In this document: one piece after another, positions 38,501 through 51,369 of the stretch | Layout of the letters: each line of letters starts with the position of its first letter | Position numbering within the stretch: position 1 is the first letter of the stretch | Assembly (NCBI GenBank): GCA_029717555.1 | Contig: JAMDHS010000037.1 | Location: forward strand, 62,001-126,000 | Source: Peribolospora baueri | Lineage: Eukaryota | DNA length: 64,000 bases | Reading direction: 5' to 3' | Position numbers and translations under genes: made by a program | Notes under the pieces: generated by a model | Seen by the model: the letters and a program-made list of their open reading frames with translations, nothing else | What the model was told of the DNA's origin: nothing | Database searches by the model: none

Positions 38501-40962
38501 CTGGTGGCGCTGGTGAACATGCTGCCTTCGCGGCTGAGCTCGCCGATAGGCTCGAGGACTTGAGGGCCCTGGTATGGAGGACGGCTGGGATCGATGGACA
38601 AGTCGAGGGGAGGCAGGCTGATGCTGGGCGGAGGCTGGAAGGAGGGGCGGTCGTCGAGCGTCCTCTCGGCGTTCTCGGCAGCCCGCTGCTGATGAGCAGG
38701 CTCCTGCGCGGCGACGGGACGAGGGGCGGCGCCTTGCTGAGACGGCTGCTGGCTTTGCCGATCAGGCTGCTGCTGCTGCTGTCGCTGGTCGGGCCCGCCA
38801 ACGTTGGCGGCCGGCTCGAGGGTGGCGGGCGCCTCCTGCTGGGGGAGCGGTTGCAACACCGGTGTCCTCTCGCCCCTCATCCTGGCGGCCATGATGCCGT
38901 GGAGATTGGCGCGAACGTGAAGGCTACGGTTCTCGCGGACGTCGAGGAACTCTGTGAGCTCGCGATCGAGGAAGAGCCGGTCTCGGTAAGGGCCGATGGG
39001 GTAGGCGAAGAAGACGGACTGCGGGCTGCGTGCGTCCCAGATAAAGTTGGCGGGCCTTCCGTAGAGTCGGAAGGCGTCCATGAACCCTGAAGAGGAAGGA
39101 AGAGGAAGAAAGTAAATGTAGAAACGGAGACGGAAGAAAAAAAGAAATGGAAAATGAGGGGGGGGAAAGGGGAAGACTAGTCAGCATCCGGCGCGCGTAC
39201 CCGAGGCACGCATCTCCGGATCGATCGACCGGGACGGACGGCTTGCAAGCCACGTGGTCCGTGCTCACCGATGACCCATTTCATCATCTCTGCATTGGCG
39301 CCCTTGCCGGCGATGCCCTCGAGCTCTGGCATGATCATTACCCAGCCCTGGTTCCTTATCCGTCCGTTCGCGTTGAGCACGGAGTGTTGCATCGTCGGGA
39401 ACGTGGCCTCGACCTTGAACAGGCTCGAGCCCTCCACGAGCTCGGGCCGGCTAGGGTAGACCGCGAACGCCTGGGCGGCGCCGATGAGCGACGCGAAGGG
39501 CCGCTTGGCCTTCTTCGCCTCGTAGAAGTGAGCGATCGCGCCGGCGTGGTCGGGTTGGCCGTTGGCACTGAGGAGCGAAGATTTCTCCGACAGAGGCTTG
39601 GACGCGCTCCTCGACTCGCTCGCCGTCGAGTTGTCCCGAGAGTGGTGGCCCAACGCCGCCCCGCCGAGCTTCCACAGCTTCTTGCCGACGAGGCTGCCGC
39701 GATTGCCGCCTTCGCTGTCGTGCTTTTCCGGCTCGGCGTGGTCGGAGACAACGAGCCAGCACTTTTTCCACTCGGTCGAGCCCATGAAGCGTGCCTTGAC
39801 CCAGCCCTCCATCTTGCCCTTGACCAGCGGGCTGTTAACGCGCATCTCCGTCGACGGCGACGGCGACGGCGCGCCATCACCGCCCGGCCCGGCCTGGCCG
39901 GCCTGGCTGACGGCGCCGAGGCGAGCCTTGATGAGAGCGCCGGTGTAGATCTCTTCGAGCCTGCTCTTCTCCCAAGCTGCGAGGCGTATGGCGTTGACCC
40001 AGCTCTGGACGAGACGATTGGAGTGAGGGCCTTCAGCGCAGAAGAAGACGCGGTTCGATCCGGCCGAGTTGAGGGCAAAAACGTTGTCACGACGTCCGCG
40101 AGATGAGGCGTGGTCGGATTGAGAGGGGTGGTTGGGCGTGCCTGGGCCGGCGGGCACGCCGTCGATGTCGTCGAACACGAGTCCGACGTAGTCGACGAAC
40201 TGAGGGAATGGGGAAAGAAACGACGATGAGCGGGATGAGGTGGCGAAAAGGAAAGACTGGGCGAGAGTTGCTCACCGAGTCCTGAATGTTGATGTACGTC
40301 GGCGGCACCTCCCTGCCCTCGGCCGCCGCCGCCTCCATCTCGGCCACGTCCCACACGCTGAGCACGGTGCCGCCGAGCTGAGCGAAGCACATGGCCCACC
40401 TGCGAGCGGGATCGGAGGGGTGCAAGGTCTTGCCGTCGGTGTTCCGATCGATGCGCCGGAGGAGATATCCTTCCATGTAGACCTTGGCAGACTGAGCGGC
40501 TTGAAGGGCTAAGGCGGAGCGGAGGTCGGGCGACTTGAAGGTCAAGGCGGCGGAGGCCGTGGCGTTGATGGCCGGATTGGCCGGGCCGGGCTGGCCGGGC
40601 TTGCCTCCGGGCCCAATGGTGGAGGCACGAGAGGCGGAGGGGCGAAGAGAGTCGCCGCCGGTATAGGACTCGGGATGGTCGAGGGGCTGGAAGGCACTGA
40701 AGGGTCGCATGCTGGCGGTGGGGCTGCTGGGGGAGGAGGAAGTGTGCGAGAGCTGTCCGACGCTCTGGGTGCTCGCATGCCGGGAGAAGGCGCTCGGGGG
40801 AGCGGGACTGCGGGAGAGGGAAGAAGACGACATGGCGGGTGCTCCTCCTCCACCGACGCCGGGGCCGTAATAAGCGGTGCTGACGGGCCGGGAGCTGGCG
40901 CCAGAGGCGGAGGACGGGGACGGGGTGATGATGTGAGAGAAAGGGCGAGTGGAGGTGGCCAT
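35521..40962 (-). CDS. PH-like domain protein of the Skg3/Caf120 type with a long disordered C-terminus, multi-exon
   Basis: Motifs KVYMEGYLL, WAMCFAQLGGTVLSVWD, PTYINIQDS, LNSAGSNR, WVNAIRLAAWEKSRLEEIYTGAL, EGWVKARFMGSTEWKKCW and AFAVYPSRPELV. Confidence 0.75.
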
Positions 40963-41564
40963 GGTGCCTGCACGGCGGCGCAGCTGGCAAGGCGGGGTCG
41001 TGGAGGGGGAGCGAAGGAGGAGGGATGGAGACGGGCGGGGTGGAGAAGAGCGCCGAGGGGCGGAGATTGGCGAGGCCGGGGGCTCGTCGGACGAGGGTGG
41101 GGATGGAAGAAAGGAAGGGGGCGAAGAAGGCGGGGTGGAAGGGGCGAGGTGGGCGAGGTGGGATGGAAGCGAAGGTAAGGAATTGGCGGGGTGGACGAAG
41201 GGAGGATGGATGGAGGATGGATGGATGGATGGATGGCGGATGGATAAATGGATAATAAATGGATGGCGAGCGCGACGCGACGGAGCTGTCTGTGCGCGGC
41301 CAAACGATGAGGCTGACGGTGACGGTTGAGAGTGACGATGAAGGTGGAGCCGACGCTGGCCGCCGTTCGACGACGACGACGACGATGACGACGCCCAGCT
41401 GGAGCGATGCTATGCAGATCGTCCCAGTCACATGAACAGACGGAGAGAGCGCATAAATAATAAAATGGTATTGGTATTCCCACCGCCGACGCGAGCAAGG
41501 CGGTGCACACCAAGCGGACAAAGCGGACGACGGCCGATCGTACATACACCACACAAATCCGCCA

Positions 41565-44500
41565 TCACGTGACCACAACGCTCCCCACCTCCCTCAGCCA
41601 GATCTGCCTCCCGTCATCCAAGTCCGTCAGCACGAGCGGCTCTAGGGCGTGCGTGCCTGCGCCGAGCGCCACGAACCGGATCCGCACCGCAGAGCTCGAC
41701 GATGGCGGCACCGGCCCGATCCGCACCGCATCGTCGATCGCCGTCAGCGCCGGCCGGCGGTGCGCGTGTGTCCGGAGAAGCGTGTTTGCGGGCGCTGATC
41801 GACGCGGGAAGGAAAGAAAGAAAGATGAGAAACGAACGCAGGCAGCAGGAGCGTCGATGAAGGGAGCGCGAGGCCTCCTGCGAGGCCGAAGATAGGTAGA
41901 CAGGCAGACGTCTCCACAACACTCACAAGACATCATCGACGCTCTCTGCGACGGCGCCGCGCCTTGCTTGCTCCCTCGCTCGCCGTCGCCGACGCTGCTG
42001 CCGACGCTGATCGTGTACCTCTTCGAGGCGAGGGACCGGTTGAAGATAAAGACCTCGACGGCGATACGGTCCAGCACCTTGATCTCCGCCTTGGCCTTCC
42101 CTCCCCCCTTCTTTCTACTTCCTTCCGCCCCACCACTCTTCACTCGCTCGCCGTCGCCGTCCCTCCCGTCCTCATGCGCTGTACGCACGACCCGAGCAGT
42201 GATCAGCAGCCCCTCCTTTTCCGCTCCCGGCAAGCCCATCACGTAAGGATCCTCCCCCGCTCCTCCCGGCCCGGGGAAGCCCCACGGCATGACCTCGCTC
42301 CGCCTTGCCTCCCTCTCCGCGTCCGCCACCGCCGATTCCCGCAGGCTCAGCTGCGCCGGCCGGTGTTGCCCAGCCCTGTTTCCGTTTCCGTTTCCGTTCC
42401 CGTTTCCGTTCACGTTCACGCTCACGCTCCCTCCGGAACGCGGGGGGGCGAGCGAGGCGCCGGGCGCGAACGACGATGCGCGCGTGGCCGGCGCCGCGGC
42501 CGACGATGGGTACCTCGGCGAAGACGAGCCGAAGCCGGCGCTCATCGGCGACGGCCTCGACGTCGGGCGAGGTGAAGGCGACGGGGAGCCGTAATAGCCG
42601 CCGCTCAGCGGCGAGTGGGGGAGCCCCTCGGCGACGACGATACCGCCGCCGCCTCCGCCCAACAGCAGACTGCCAGCGCTCCTCCGTCCACCACCTTCCC
42701 CATCGGCCGCCGCCCATGGAGGGACGGGCAAGCCGGGCGAGCGCGGGAAGCCGGCCGTTCGAGGCGTCTGACTGACCGACAGCGTCGCCGCCCGGTCCGC
42801 CGCCGCGTTGGCCTGAGCCTGCGAGAGGTAGTGGGCGATCAGCCGCCTCCGCGCGTCCTTGTCCACTCCGCCCGCTTTGGCCAATGCCGACGCCAGACTG
42901 CCGCTCCCATTCCCGTGGCCGTGCCTTCTCGCGCCCGCCGCCGGCGAATCTGGGAAAATCCGCGATCCAAACGCGGAGCTCGCCGCGCTCGCACCGACGT
43001 ACGCGCTGGCGGGCGTTCGAGCAAAGAAGCCCACGGCACCGGCGCCGCCCACGCCAATGGCGGCAGTGTACAAACCGTGATGCAGGCCGGCTGTAGCGAT
43101 GGCCGCCTCGGACTCGCGCTTGCGCTCGATCGCCTGGCGGAACGGGGAGAGGTCGAGTTGAGAGGTGAAACGGGAGGCGAACGGAGCCATCTCCGCCTCC
43201 GCCGCGCCGTCGCTTGCCGAGCTGGGCACCGGTCTACCCTCGACGGTGATGCTGACGAATCGCTGCGCGTCGGCCATCGCAGCAGCATACTTGTCATGCC
43301 CTCCCAGCCTGCCGAACCCCGTCGTCCGGGGCGTACGTCCACCAAGGACCGTGGACGGCGTCTCGGGGTACAGAGGCGTAGGCGGAGGCAGACCAGGTTG
43401 GTATGCGTCGTCCTCCGGACGGAAGGTGACGACGTAGAGCAGGTTCTGCTGGTCCGCTTCTCGAAGCGTCAGAGGTAGCCTCGTCCGTCCCGCTCCCCCT
43501 TGGCCCAGCGGCGCGCGGATCAACCTCGCCTCCGCGCCTTTGCCAGACACACGCACGTCGACGCCGGTGACCTCAAAGTTGAGGCCGACGCAGTCGGGGT
43601 TGGACTCGAGCTCCACACAGAGAACAAGCGAGCGCTGGTCGTCGCTCGTAAGCTCCTCGTCGCCATCGTCGTCTCCATCAGCGTCCGATTCTTCCGATGT
43701 TTCCGCTGAATTCGACAAACTCGGCGGGCCGTCTTCTGTTTGCTTCCCTTCGCTCGAACGGCCAGATGGTGGTGCCGCCGCCGAAACCGAAGCCGATGAC
43801 CCGACGGCGGTTTCGAACGCCTCTTCCGCAATGCCAGGCGTCCACATGGTCCTCATCCGGACTTGTACGGCACTTCGCACCTCGAGCATCCTCCTTGAAT
43901 TCCTCGTCAGCACCTCTGCTACCCTCGCTTCCGGATCCCGCCTCCCTGGCAGCACGGGGAGCGCCTTGTTGGCGGCAGGAGTAGCAGCGCCCGGGGAAGA
44001 GGAGGTGCCGGCGACAGGTCCTCCCAGTGCGACCAGATCGGCCTCGGAAGACTGCGCGGGCAAATGCGACGAGGAGGCGGAGACGACGGTGGGCGTCGCA
44101 GAAGCGATGCGAGAGAGGGGAATGGCGAGGCGAGATTTGGAAGGGTCGTCCGATGAGATAAAAGATGGGCCTGGCACCGCGGGAAGACGCGCATGTAGCC
44201 GTTCAAAACGTCAGCGTGAATGGACGGAGCTTGCCGACGGCCCGCATCCGTGGAAAAAGGCAGGATGAACTCACTGCCCTGTAACCCCTCGAGTAAGTTC
44301 ACCTCCTCGAACTTGGTGACCTCTCGTCCCTCCTCAGGTTTCTCCTCCTCCTCCTCCTCGTCTGGTTTAATTTCCGTCCCCGAGGTAGTGGTGGACGTAC
44401 GAAGCGTGCAGGCGGCAGTGAGACGGAGGAGCGGCGTAGGGGAACGGGTACGAACCCATACTAGAGCGCATTTGTGCGGGTTGAGAAGGTGAGCGAGAGC

Positions 44501-45441
44501 CGTACTCACGTTAGACGCTCGGTCTATCTGGTAGCCACGCCTTTTCGGACAAGCCTCACTTACCCAGCGGTATTCGCATCTGCCACCGAGCTTCCCAACG
44601 CTCCTCTCGCCCATTCCACCTCACCCATCCGCCTCTCCTCCTCCTCTCGCTCCTTTTTGACCCGGCCACCCCATTCTCTTGCGCCGTTGGCTCCGACCTC
44701 ATCCTCTCCTTCTCCTTCTCCTTCTCCTTCTCTTGCCCCGCCTCCTCCTCGTCTAGCCGTCTCTCCTTCTCCGCGTTCCACACCTCGCCAAAGAACGGCA
44801 CCGCCTCGTGCCTCATCGAACCCCCTCCTCCACCTGCCCCGGCGCCGCCCGTCCTCTGAGCGAGAGCGAGGGGGATAGGAGAGACGTAGGCAGCCTCGAG
44901 GGCGGGTTCGAGAGCGGAGAAGAAGGCGTTCAGGGCGGGTGGGATGACCGGGTCGGACCAGGCTTGGGCATGGAGGGATGGAGGAAGGGAGAGGGTGACC
45001 GGAGGGGACTGGTCGGGTGGACCCGGCAGGTGATCTTTTGAAGACGATGGGAGACTGAGCGAGACAACCACAGGTAGGACCTCGTCTGAAAGTGAGGATG
45101 TGAAGGGGAGAGGAACGAGAAGCACAGGTCCACAGAGGGGGAGACAGGCGGGCAGAGACAAGCGCAGAGAGCGAAAGGGTGAGCGATCCGGCTGTCCATT
45201 GGAAACACGAACCAAACTCACCGTAGAATGCCAAACTCCTGTCTTTTTCCACCTCCTCCCCCAACCCCCCTTCGCCGTCCTCATTTCGCTCCGAATCGGT
45301 GGGCACGCGAACGTCGAGCTGAGCGACCTGAAAGAGTTCCTGCAGCACCACGGCGGATGTAGAATTGGGTGTCGAAGTCGGCGTCGCTCTGGCCGCACCC
45401 ACTAGCGCCGGTGCGTCCGCCATGGGCGATTCGGACGCCAT
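41565..45441 (-). CDS. TRAPP II subunit Trs65-like protein, multi-exon
   Basis: Peptides DRSLAFY|DEVLPVVV, EVNLLEGL, VRSAVQVRMRT, LCVELES, DQQNLLY, VEVFIFN and the C-terminal DAVRIGPVPPSSSSAVRIRFVALGAGTHALEPLVLTD. The family is assigned from memory. Confidence 0.65.
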
Positions 45442-46847
45442 CTCCTGTCCTTGAACCTACGATCTGCGAGACGACCGTTCGTGCACAAAAGACGTTTTGC
45501 GGTGCGAGGCCAGTCAGTTGCAAACGATCGCCGCAGATATAGTGCAGAGAGCCTCGTTGCTCCGCGCCCCTCCTCAAACTTGGAGCGGCTCCAACTTTCT
45601 TGACCGTGCCCAACGGTAGCTGCCAGGCACGCTCGGATCGGCCAGACGACGGTAAGAACAGCGAAGTAGACAGGCTCGTTATCTGCCTCGCCCGGACGGC
45701 GTCCTCAGGGACGACGGCCACGGCGTCTTGTGGTCACGTGCAGGCGCGATCAAGATCGACTGCGGCGACTCTTGATGAATAGGGTTAGGGTCGATGTCGC
45801 CATTGATGGTCCAGATGGCGTGCTCGGCGGCGCCATCGGTCGCTCCACTTGCGACGCCCTCACGGAGACGACGGGCTTTCCGTCGTTCCACCTCCATCGC
45901 TGTGGCCGCCCGCTGTTCTGCTCGGTTGCATCTCTTGCGCAATCGGCGACGACGATCCCGCCTCGCCCGCGTCTCAGATAATGCCGGAGATAGGTGCCGA
46001 CAACAACAAGAAGGACGCAGAAGAGGAAGAGGAAGAGGGAGATGAAAAGAAGCGAGACGGAGGCATGTCATGTTAAGTCACGCATCACGGCTCTCTTTCA
46101 TCGCCGTCGTTCATGGGCGATAATGCGATACGATGACAATGACGATGATGACAAAGTCCCACTAAGAGAGAGATTCACTTGCTGAGGTGGCCAGCCAGCC
46201 TCGCGAGCATGCGCCAGGGAGAGGAATGAAGAAGGGTGACAAAGGTGGGAGCGTCTGTTCGCTTCGCCCATGTTCGTCGCTGGTGGACCGGCGACTTGAG
46301 ACAGGCTGACAGCCGGAGATACAGACGGACAGCAGAAGCGTCGCCCGCCAGCTTGAATCGGGTTGCCAACGTCCGTTGCCTTGTGAAGGTCGGGAGTGCG
46401 CCGTCGCGCAATGTGGGCTCTCTGCATGTGGAGAGAGAGGCACAGCAGGGTTTGAGATGCTTGGCCGGGGTCATCGATTCGAGAAGGTACCACACCACGA
46501 TCGAGCCATACCTAATCCCTCTCATTCATGCAGGCGCTCTCAGTTCTTTTTTTTTTTTTTTTCCCTCGGGCATGGTCCGAATCAACGTGTTGATCCCGCC
46601 TTTTCAAGTCGCCGGCCGGCTCACAAAAGCTACTCCGCAAGGGCTAAAGGATTCCAGGAAGGAAGGAAGCGAAGACAGAGGAGCGCCGAAGGCGCATGCC
46701 AGCTAAGTTAACGCCGGGCCACGCCTTTCTTTCCCGTCTCGGCGGAGTCGCACGGAGAAAGGCAAGTGTGGTGTGTCGGGCGCGGCCGTCGTCCGTAGCC
46801 CAATTGCGTGCTCACCCCGTCCTCCGCCAGTGGCCAACCTCCTTGGG

Positions 46848-46854
46848 TATATAA
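46848..46854 (+). promoter_or_regulatory. Candidate TATA box (TATATAA) of the TauD-family gene
   Basis: A perfect TATATAA about 280 nt upstream of the ATG at 47134, in GC-rich DNA and followed by a pyrimidine tract. Confidence 0.5.
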
Positions 46855-47133
46855 GAGACACCCGTTCCCGCCCCCCTCCCCCTCCCTCTTCTCTTCCCTC
46901 CGCAAAAAAGGTTGTTCTTCCACGTTTCCAGTCCCTTCCAAGCTTCCATCGGTCCCCGTTTTCGACCGGTCGCGTGACTCTTTTCTGCTTCCTCGCTCTC
47001 GCGCCGCCCATTTACCTCGGCGCTTATCGGAATTGTCTCGCTCGCAGTCAGCATCCATCGCCCGTTCCTTTTTTTTCTTCCTCACCCTCCACCCACTCAC
47101 ACGACTTTCTGCCACGCTCCATCCGTCGACGAA

Positions 47134-48578
47134 ATGGCTCCCATCGCCACTCCCATCGCTCAACAGTCCACCAACGTGGACGCCAAGCCCAATGGTGGTG
47201 ACAAAAAGGATATCGCGCCCTCGAATTTCATGTGAGATAAGCTCTCTCTCCGCTCCAGGGCGCCCTTGTTCGTGCTAGGTTGACGCCTCCTACGTTTTTC
47301 CCTCCCTGCCACCGCCATGATAGCGACTTTAACCCTTTCCATCCTCCCCCGTCGTTCACCGACACTTCCCTCGACTCCGACTACCCCTTCGCCGAGTTCA
47401 AGCCTTCCTTCCCGACCGACCTGAACTACGCTCCCCTCGAGCCGCTGCACAATGTCATCGACCGCGGCGCGTTTGCGGACAAGACAAAGAAGAACATTCT
47501 CGGTCCCAACGCGGGCACGGAGGTTCGCCTGACGGCCAACATCGGCTCGGAGATCAAGGGTCTCCAGTTGAACAAGCTCACCGACGCTCAGAAGGATGAA
47601 CTGGCGCTGCTCGCCGCCGAGCGCGGTGTGCTCGTGTTCAGAGACCAGGACTGGACGATCGAGGAGCAGCTGGAACTCGGAAGGTATATGGGCGAGCTTC
47701 ACCAGCACCCGACCAGCGGCATCCCTCGTCGTCGCGGCCTCGAGGACGTGCACGTCGTCTACTCGGACGAGACCCAGCGGCCGACGTCGACGGCGTACAC
47801 CAAGGTGGAGCTGTTCCACTCGGACGTGACGTACGAAGTCAACCCTCCGGCCTTCACCTCGCTTCACAACCTGGTGTGCCCTACGATCGGCGGTGACACG
47901 CTGTACGCCAGCGGCTATGCGCTCTACGACAGCCTTTCCGAGCCGATGAAGAAGTACCTGGAGAGCCTGAGCGCGCTCCACACGAGCAAGGATCAGAGCG
48001 ATGGCGCCAGGGCTGCCGGGTGCGTGGCGTGGCGCTGGCGGATAATGAACGGGGATGAATTGAATAGCTGACGACGTCTTGTTTTCCTTTCCGCATTCGC
48101 CCGCCCGCCCGCGCTCATCTCATTCATCAGCCAACACATCCGCCGTCCTCCGGTGGACAGCGTGCACCCGGTGGTGCGCACCCACCCGGCGACGGGCTGG
48201 AAGAGCGTGTTCGTCAACCCGGGCTTCGTCAAGTGCATCCTGGGCGTGCCCAAGACCGAGTCGGACACGATTCTCAACTGGCTCTACACGCAGATGGCCT
48301 GCAACTCGGACTTGAACGTGCGGATCGCGTGGGAGCCAAAGACGACGGTCATCTGGGACAACCGGATCGTCAACCACTCGGCGTCGTACGACTTTTGGCC
48401 CGAGCGGCGTCACGCCCTGCGCGTCACGGCGATGGGCGAGATCCCGTCGCTGAGGCTGCCGGACGGAAGCGAAGGCAGGAGCAGGCAGGAGGAGATCTGG
48501 GAGAAGCAAGGACTGGACGTCAAGAAGCTCAAGGAGAGGGAGCTCGCGCTTGTTCAGAACCGCGGCTTCAAGGATTGA
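47134..48578 (+). CDS. TauD/TfdA-family alpha-ketoglutarate-dependent (sulfonate) dioxygenase, 3 exons
   Basis: Motifs AERGVLVFRDQD, FHSDVTYE (HxD), GGDT, HPVVRTHPATGWKSVFVNPGF, WDNRIVNHSA and RHALRVT. Confidence 0.92.
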
Positions 48579-49208
48579 GTGAGCTTTCGTTCGAGCTAGG
48601 CCAGAGCAGAGTTTTTCTTTTTTTTTTCTTTTCTTTACGACCATCACGACGTCACGACGACCTGACGGAGCGGTCTCGAGGACGTCCCTTGGGTGTGGTT
48701 TCCTTGACCCCCGACGGCTCTCTTTTCTCCTTCTCCGTCGGTGTTTCTCTCATTCATACATCCACTCCACGCCACAGCTTTCCAGCGTGTATGTACAAAT
48801 AACGCGTTGCTTAAACTCACCCTCCTTGTCCCTCGGTCCTCGTCCGTGGCATCCAAGCATTCATTCATCCATTCATTCATCCATCCATCCATCGTTCCTC
48901 GCAATTCTACGCCTTTTTTTTATTTTATTTTTTTACCTCACCTCGCATCGTCCCATCTGTTCTCTGCCTCGCTTCGGTTTTGTACTCTGAAAGGGCAATG
49001 CATCGCGGAGAAGGCAAGGCGAGGCGAGGCGGAGCGAGTGGTCGACGACGAAACAACCGTTTTACTACTAGATCGTTCGTTCGACCGATTGCGAGTCTAG
49101 GAAACCGACACAGATGATAAGTAGAACCGGGAAGAGATCGAGGAGGAGGATCTCTCGAGTGGGGTCGGTGCTTCGTCTTCGTCAGCGCTCCGCCGTGCTC
49201 GTTCGCAT

Positions 49209-50270
49209 TGTTAGAGGGAACTATTCACTTATTCCCCTCAAGTGAGGTTGAGGCTTAGTCTTATATACATGAGAACAATCAGTCGAGCACATAGCTCAGC
49301 TTGATCTCTCCTCTTGCTACCTTTTTCGCGAACAAAGTGAAAGCTGATGTCAATGTGTTTTGTTCTTGTATGGTGGCGGTCGTCCTTAGCTAGGGATAGG
49401 CTAGCTTGGCTGTCTCGGAATAGGTGGATCGTCGGTGCCTCGGGTTGAAGATCCATGAGCAGTTTCTTGATCCAGATGGCCTCCTTCACCGCGTGGGCAA
49501 TTGCGAGATATTCGGCCTCCGTTGTGTTGATGTTGTCACAACTGTCTGCTTCTTGCTCGACCAGCTCACAGTGCTTCCTCCTACCTTGAACAGGTAACCA
49601 CTTGTAGAGCGCCAGTCGTCAAGATCTCCTGCGTGGTCGGCATCGCAGAATCTTTGGATCGTTGCTGATCCTTGCTCCGTGACGTTGGTGACTCGTCGGA
49701 GATACAGTCCGTAATGAGCCGTACCTCGTAGGTAGCGCATCACCCTTTTGGTTGCCTTCCAATGGTTCTCGCTGGAATCAGCCATAAAACGAGCTAGCTT
49801 GCTGACGGCGAATGTGATGTCCGGTCTTGTTCCCAACGCCAGGTACATCAATGACCCTATTGCTCGCTGGTATCGTGTCCGATCTGCCTGTGGCTCTCCT
49901 TTCTCTCGAGCCTTCAAGCGTCCATCGGTGTGGGAGCTGGTCTGGAGTCTTGCATCCCGAATCTGGCGAGCATGAAGCACTCGGTGTAGGCTTCCTGCGA
50001 GAGGTTACGTTTCCCCATCTCTGTGTCTCGCAACTTTGATGCCCAAAAAAGATACTTGACTTTCGCCGAGATCCTTGATCTTTGAACGTTGCGCCTTCAT
50101 CTGGTCCTTTGAAATTGCATCAGAGCCGTCCAGTTCTCAGCTATGATGGCAAAGGTCATCCACGTAGACAGCCACAATGACCGTGCCCCAGATTGTTGCA
50201 ACGAAGGAAAACGGGTTTGATCGGGCAGTGCCTTTTCCCTGAACTCCATGCTGGTGAGAGGACCTTCGCT
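49209..50270 (-). mobile_element. Degenerate Ty1/copia LTR-retrotransposon fragment (RT, RNase H and a probable 3' LTR remnant)
   Basis: Motifs VYVDDL, YQRAIGSLMYLALGTRPDI, HWKATKRVMRYLRGT, DADHAGD...RSTSGY, SWSSKKQ and HTRTKHID, broken by frameshifts and stops. An AT-richer tail contains TATATAAG and ends ...CTAACA at 49209. Confidence 0.9.
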
Positions 50271-51369
50271 CGTTTTGCGACCGGCGCGAAAGAAGAAAGA
50301 AGAAAGAAGAAAGAAAGAAAAAAAAAAGAAAGGAGGGCGTCCGCATCGAAAAAGGTCAGTGGAGGGTTAGGCAAAGAGCGGACGTGCGCTCTTCTCTGGG
50401 CTACTGGCGCGACCGGCGACCGACGAGGCTCGTCTGCGTCTGAAAAGACTAGACTAGACTAGACGAGGAGAAAAAGAAAAAAAAATGAGGAGGAAGAAGA
50501 AGAAGAAGAGCAAAAGGACGAGAGATGGGCTGGCGACGACGACGACGACTTCTTCGCCGCTTCATGTGACCACCGCCCCGGGCGTTCATCAGCTATAACA
50601 GAGACGGGCGAACGGGTTCGACCTCGAACGACCGTCTATCGTCCGCGCACGGGCCACACGCACGGCGCGCTACGCATGGATGAATGGATGGATGGGATGG
50701 ATGAAATCTGTATGTAATTTACCTCTATCCCGCCCTCCCGTCCTCATCCAGCCCGTCCATATCCGACAGCACCACCACACCACCGCCACACCGTACCGCA
50801 CCGATGTCTGGTCACCACCTATCGTCTTCGTCCACAGCGTCGAAACGAAACGAAAACGGCGGCCGAGCTACTTACTACTTACTAGTACAGCTCCAGCTGA
50901 CGGGGATCGAGGTATATCAGCGAGAAAGAGGGAGAGACGAGCCGCCGGTCGGCTCGGAAGGAGGAGGAGGAGGAGGAGGAGAAGGAAGGAGATCGAGACC
51001 ATGCGGGGAGACCGGGAGGGAGGGGAGGCGGGGTGCGAGCGAAGGAGGGTGCGAGTGAAGGAAGGAGGAGTGAAGGGTGCGAGTGAAGGAGGAGTGAAGT
51101 AGGAAGAAGGGAAGGTCCAGTTGGATGCGTAGACGACGGACGACGAACGATGAGAGCCAAGAGGAGAATGAGCGACGCAAAAAAAAAAAGGAAAAGAAAG
51201 CTTATGAAGGGAGGGTGGGAAAAAAAGGAGCGTCCTGGGCGTCATGAGGGCCCGAATGGTCGACATGGCAAGCGAAACGAGCGAACGAGCGAACAAAACG
51301 AAAAGAAAAAAGAGTCGGTCCGGAAAGGACGGAGGGAGGGAGAGTGGGCGTCGGTCATCGTCGGTCATC

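Noticed and set aside
45679..46706. Small ORFs between the Trs65-like gene and TauD
   Set aside because: There is no recognisable domain or convincing exon structure; the region is treated as a divergent promoter.
47102..47113. CGACTTTCTGCC in the TauD 5' region, matching the core of the cluster motif
   Set aside because: It lacks both terminal CGG/CCG triplets and lies downstream of the TATA box, so it is not evidence that TauD belongs to the regulon.
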